A stretch of 59,070 nt of DNA, the filler included. It is 9 parts of 9 records of this genome, joined end to end, with 100 filler letters (N's around TTAATTAATTAA, not from the genome) between each part and the next. Parts side by side here need not be neighbours in the genome. Positions count along the whole stretch, not along the records: positions 53,665 to 59,070 come from SRR31156797_66937; 8 more parts are not named here. One strand, given 5' to 3'. Position numbers and translations under genes: made by a program. The notes beneath the pieces are model-generated. The model was given only the letters and a program-made list of their open reading frames with translations, did no database searches and had not been told where the DNA came from. Numbering within the stretch: position 1 is the first letter of the stretch; each line of letters opens with the position of its first letter. Below, one piece after another: positions 59,027 to 59,070 of this stretch.

Positions 59027-59070
59027 ATGGCAAAAAAAATGAAAACCATCGACGGGAACACCGCAGCCGC
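59027..59070 (+). CDS. nifJ: Start of pyruvate:ferredoxin/flavodoxin oxidoreductase
   Basis: MAKKMKTIDGNTAA after AAGGAG; only 14 codons visible. Confidence 0.75.
   Translation, partial: MAKKMKTIDGNTAA

Overview
The window is not one genomic locus. It is nine unrelated contigs joined by eight 100-nt artificial spacers (N44-TTAATTAATTAA-N44), so no gene linkage can be read across a spacer. Taxonomic labels are my inference from protein style and composition. (1) 1-5814, Desulfobacterota-like: cyanophycin genes cphB-cphA, converging on a DHH phosphoesterase and a truncated diadenylate-cyclase/YbbR fusion. (2) 5915-11935, Desulfobacterota-like: tdh, kbl, a GGDEF protein, a hybrid histidine kinase and pruA. 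(3) 12036-19203, AT-rich Bacteroidota: partial tRNA-Tyr, hpf, xerC, rpsU, a HhH protein, an NSS transporter, a USP, a degenerate NUMOD4/HNH protein with two HTHs, and a terminal 11-bp repeat. (4) 19304-24395, Bacteroidota: two paralogous Cys-rich T9SS cargo proteins. (5) 24496-33083, Enterococcus-like: complete kdpFABCDE and an LPXTG protein. (6) 33184-38920, Desulfobacterota-like: radical SAM, pilS, pilC and Na+-decarboxylase subunits. (7) 39021-48292, GC-rich Alphaproteobacteria-like: sugar-acid/uronate catabolic cluster with TRAP transporter and IclR regulator. (8) 48393-53564, Desulfovibrionaceae-like: mreB, suhB, NUDIX, rimI, pgk, tpiA, secG, partial tRNA-Leu. (9) 53665-59070, Desulfobacterota-like: fumarase, ADP-forming acyl-CoA synthetase, a CoA-transferase-GNAT fusion and the start of PFOR. 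Best candidates for undescribed biology: the CoA-transferase-GNAT fusion, whose catalytic Glu appears replaced by Gln and which lies behind a long structured leader; the apparently nuclease-dead HNH-HTH protein; a decarboxylase small subunit carrying an exported domain; and the fused DAC-YbbR/DHH module. No CRISPR array, rRNA or transposase was seen.
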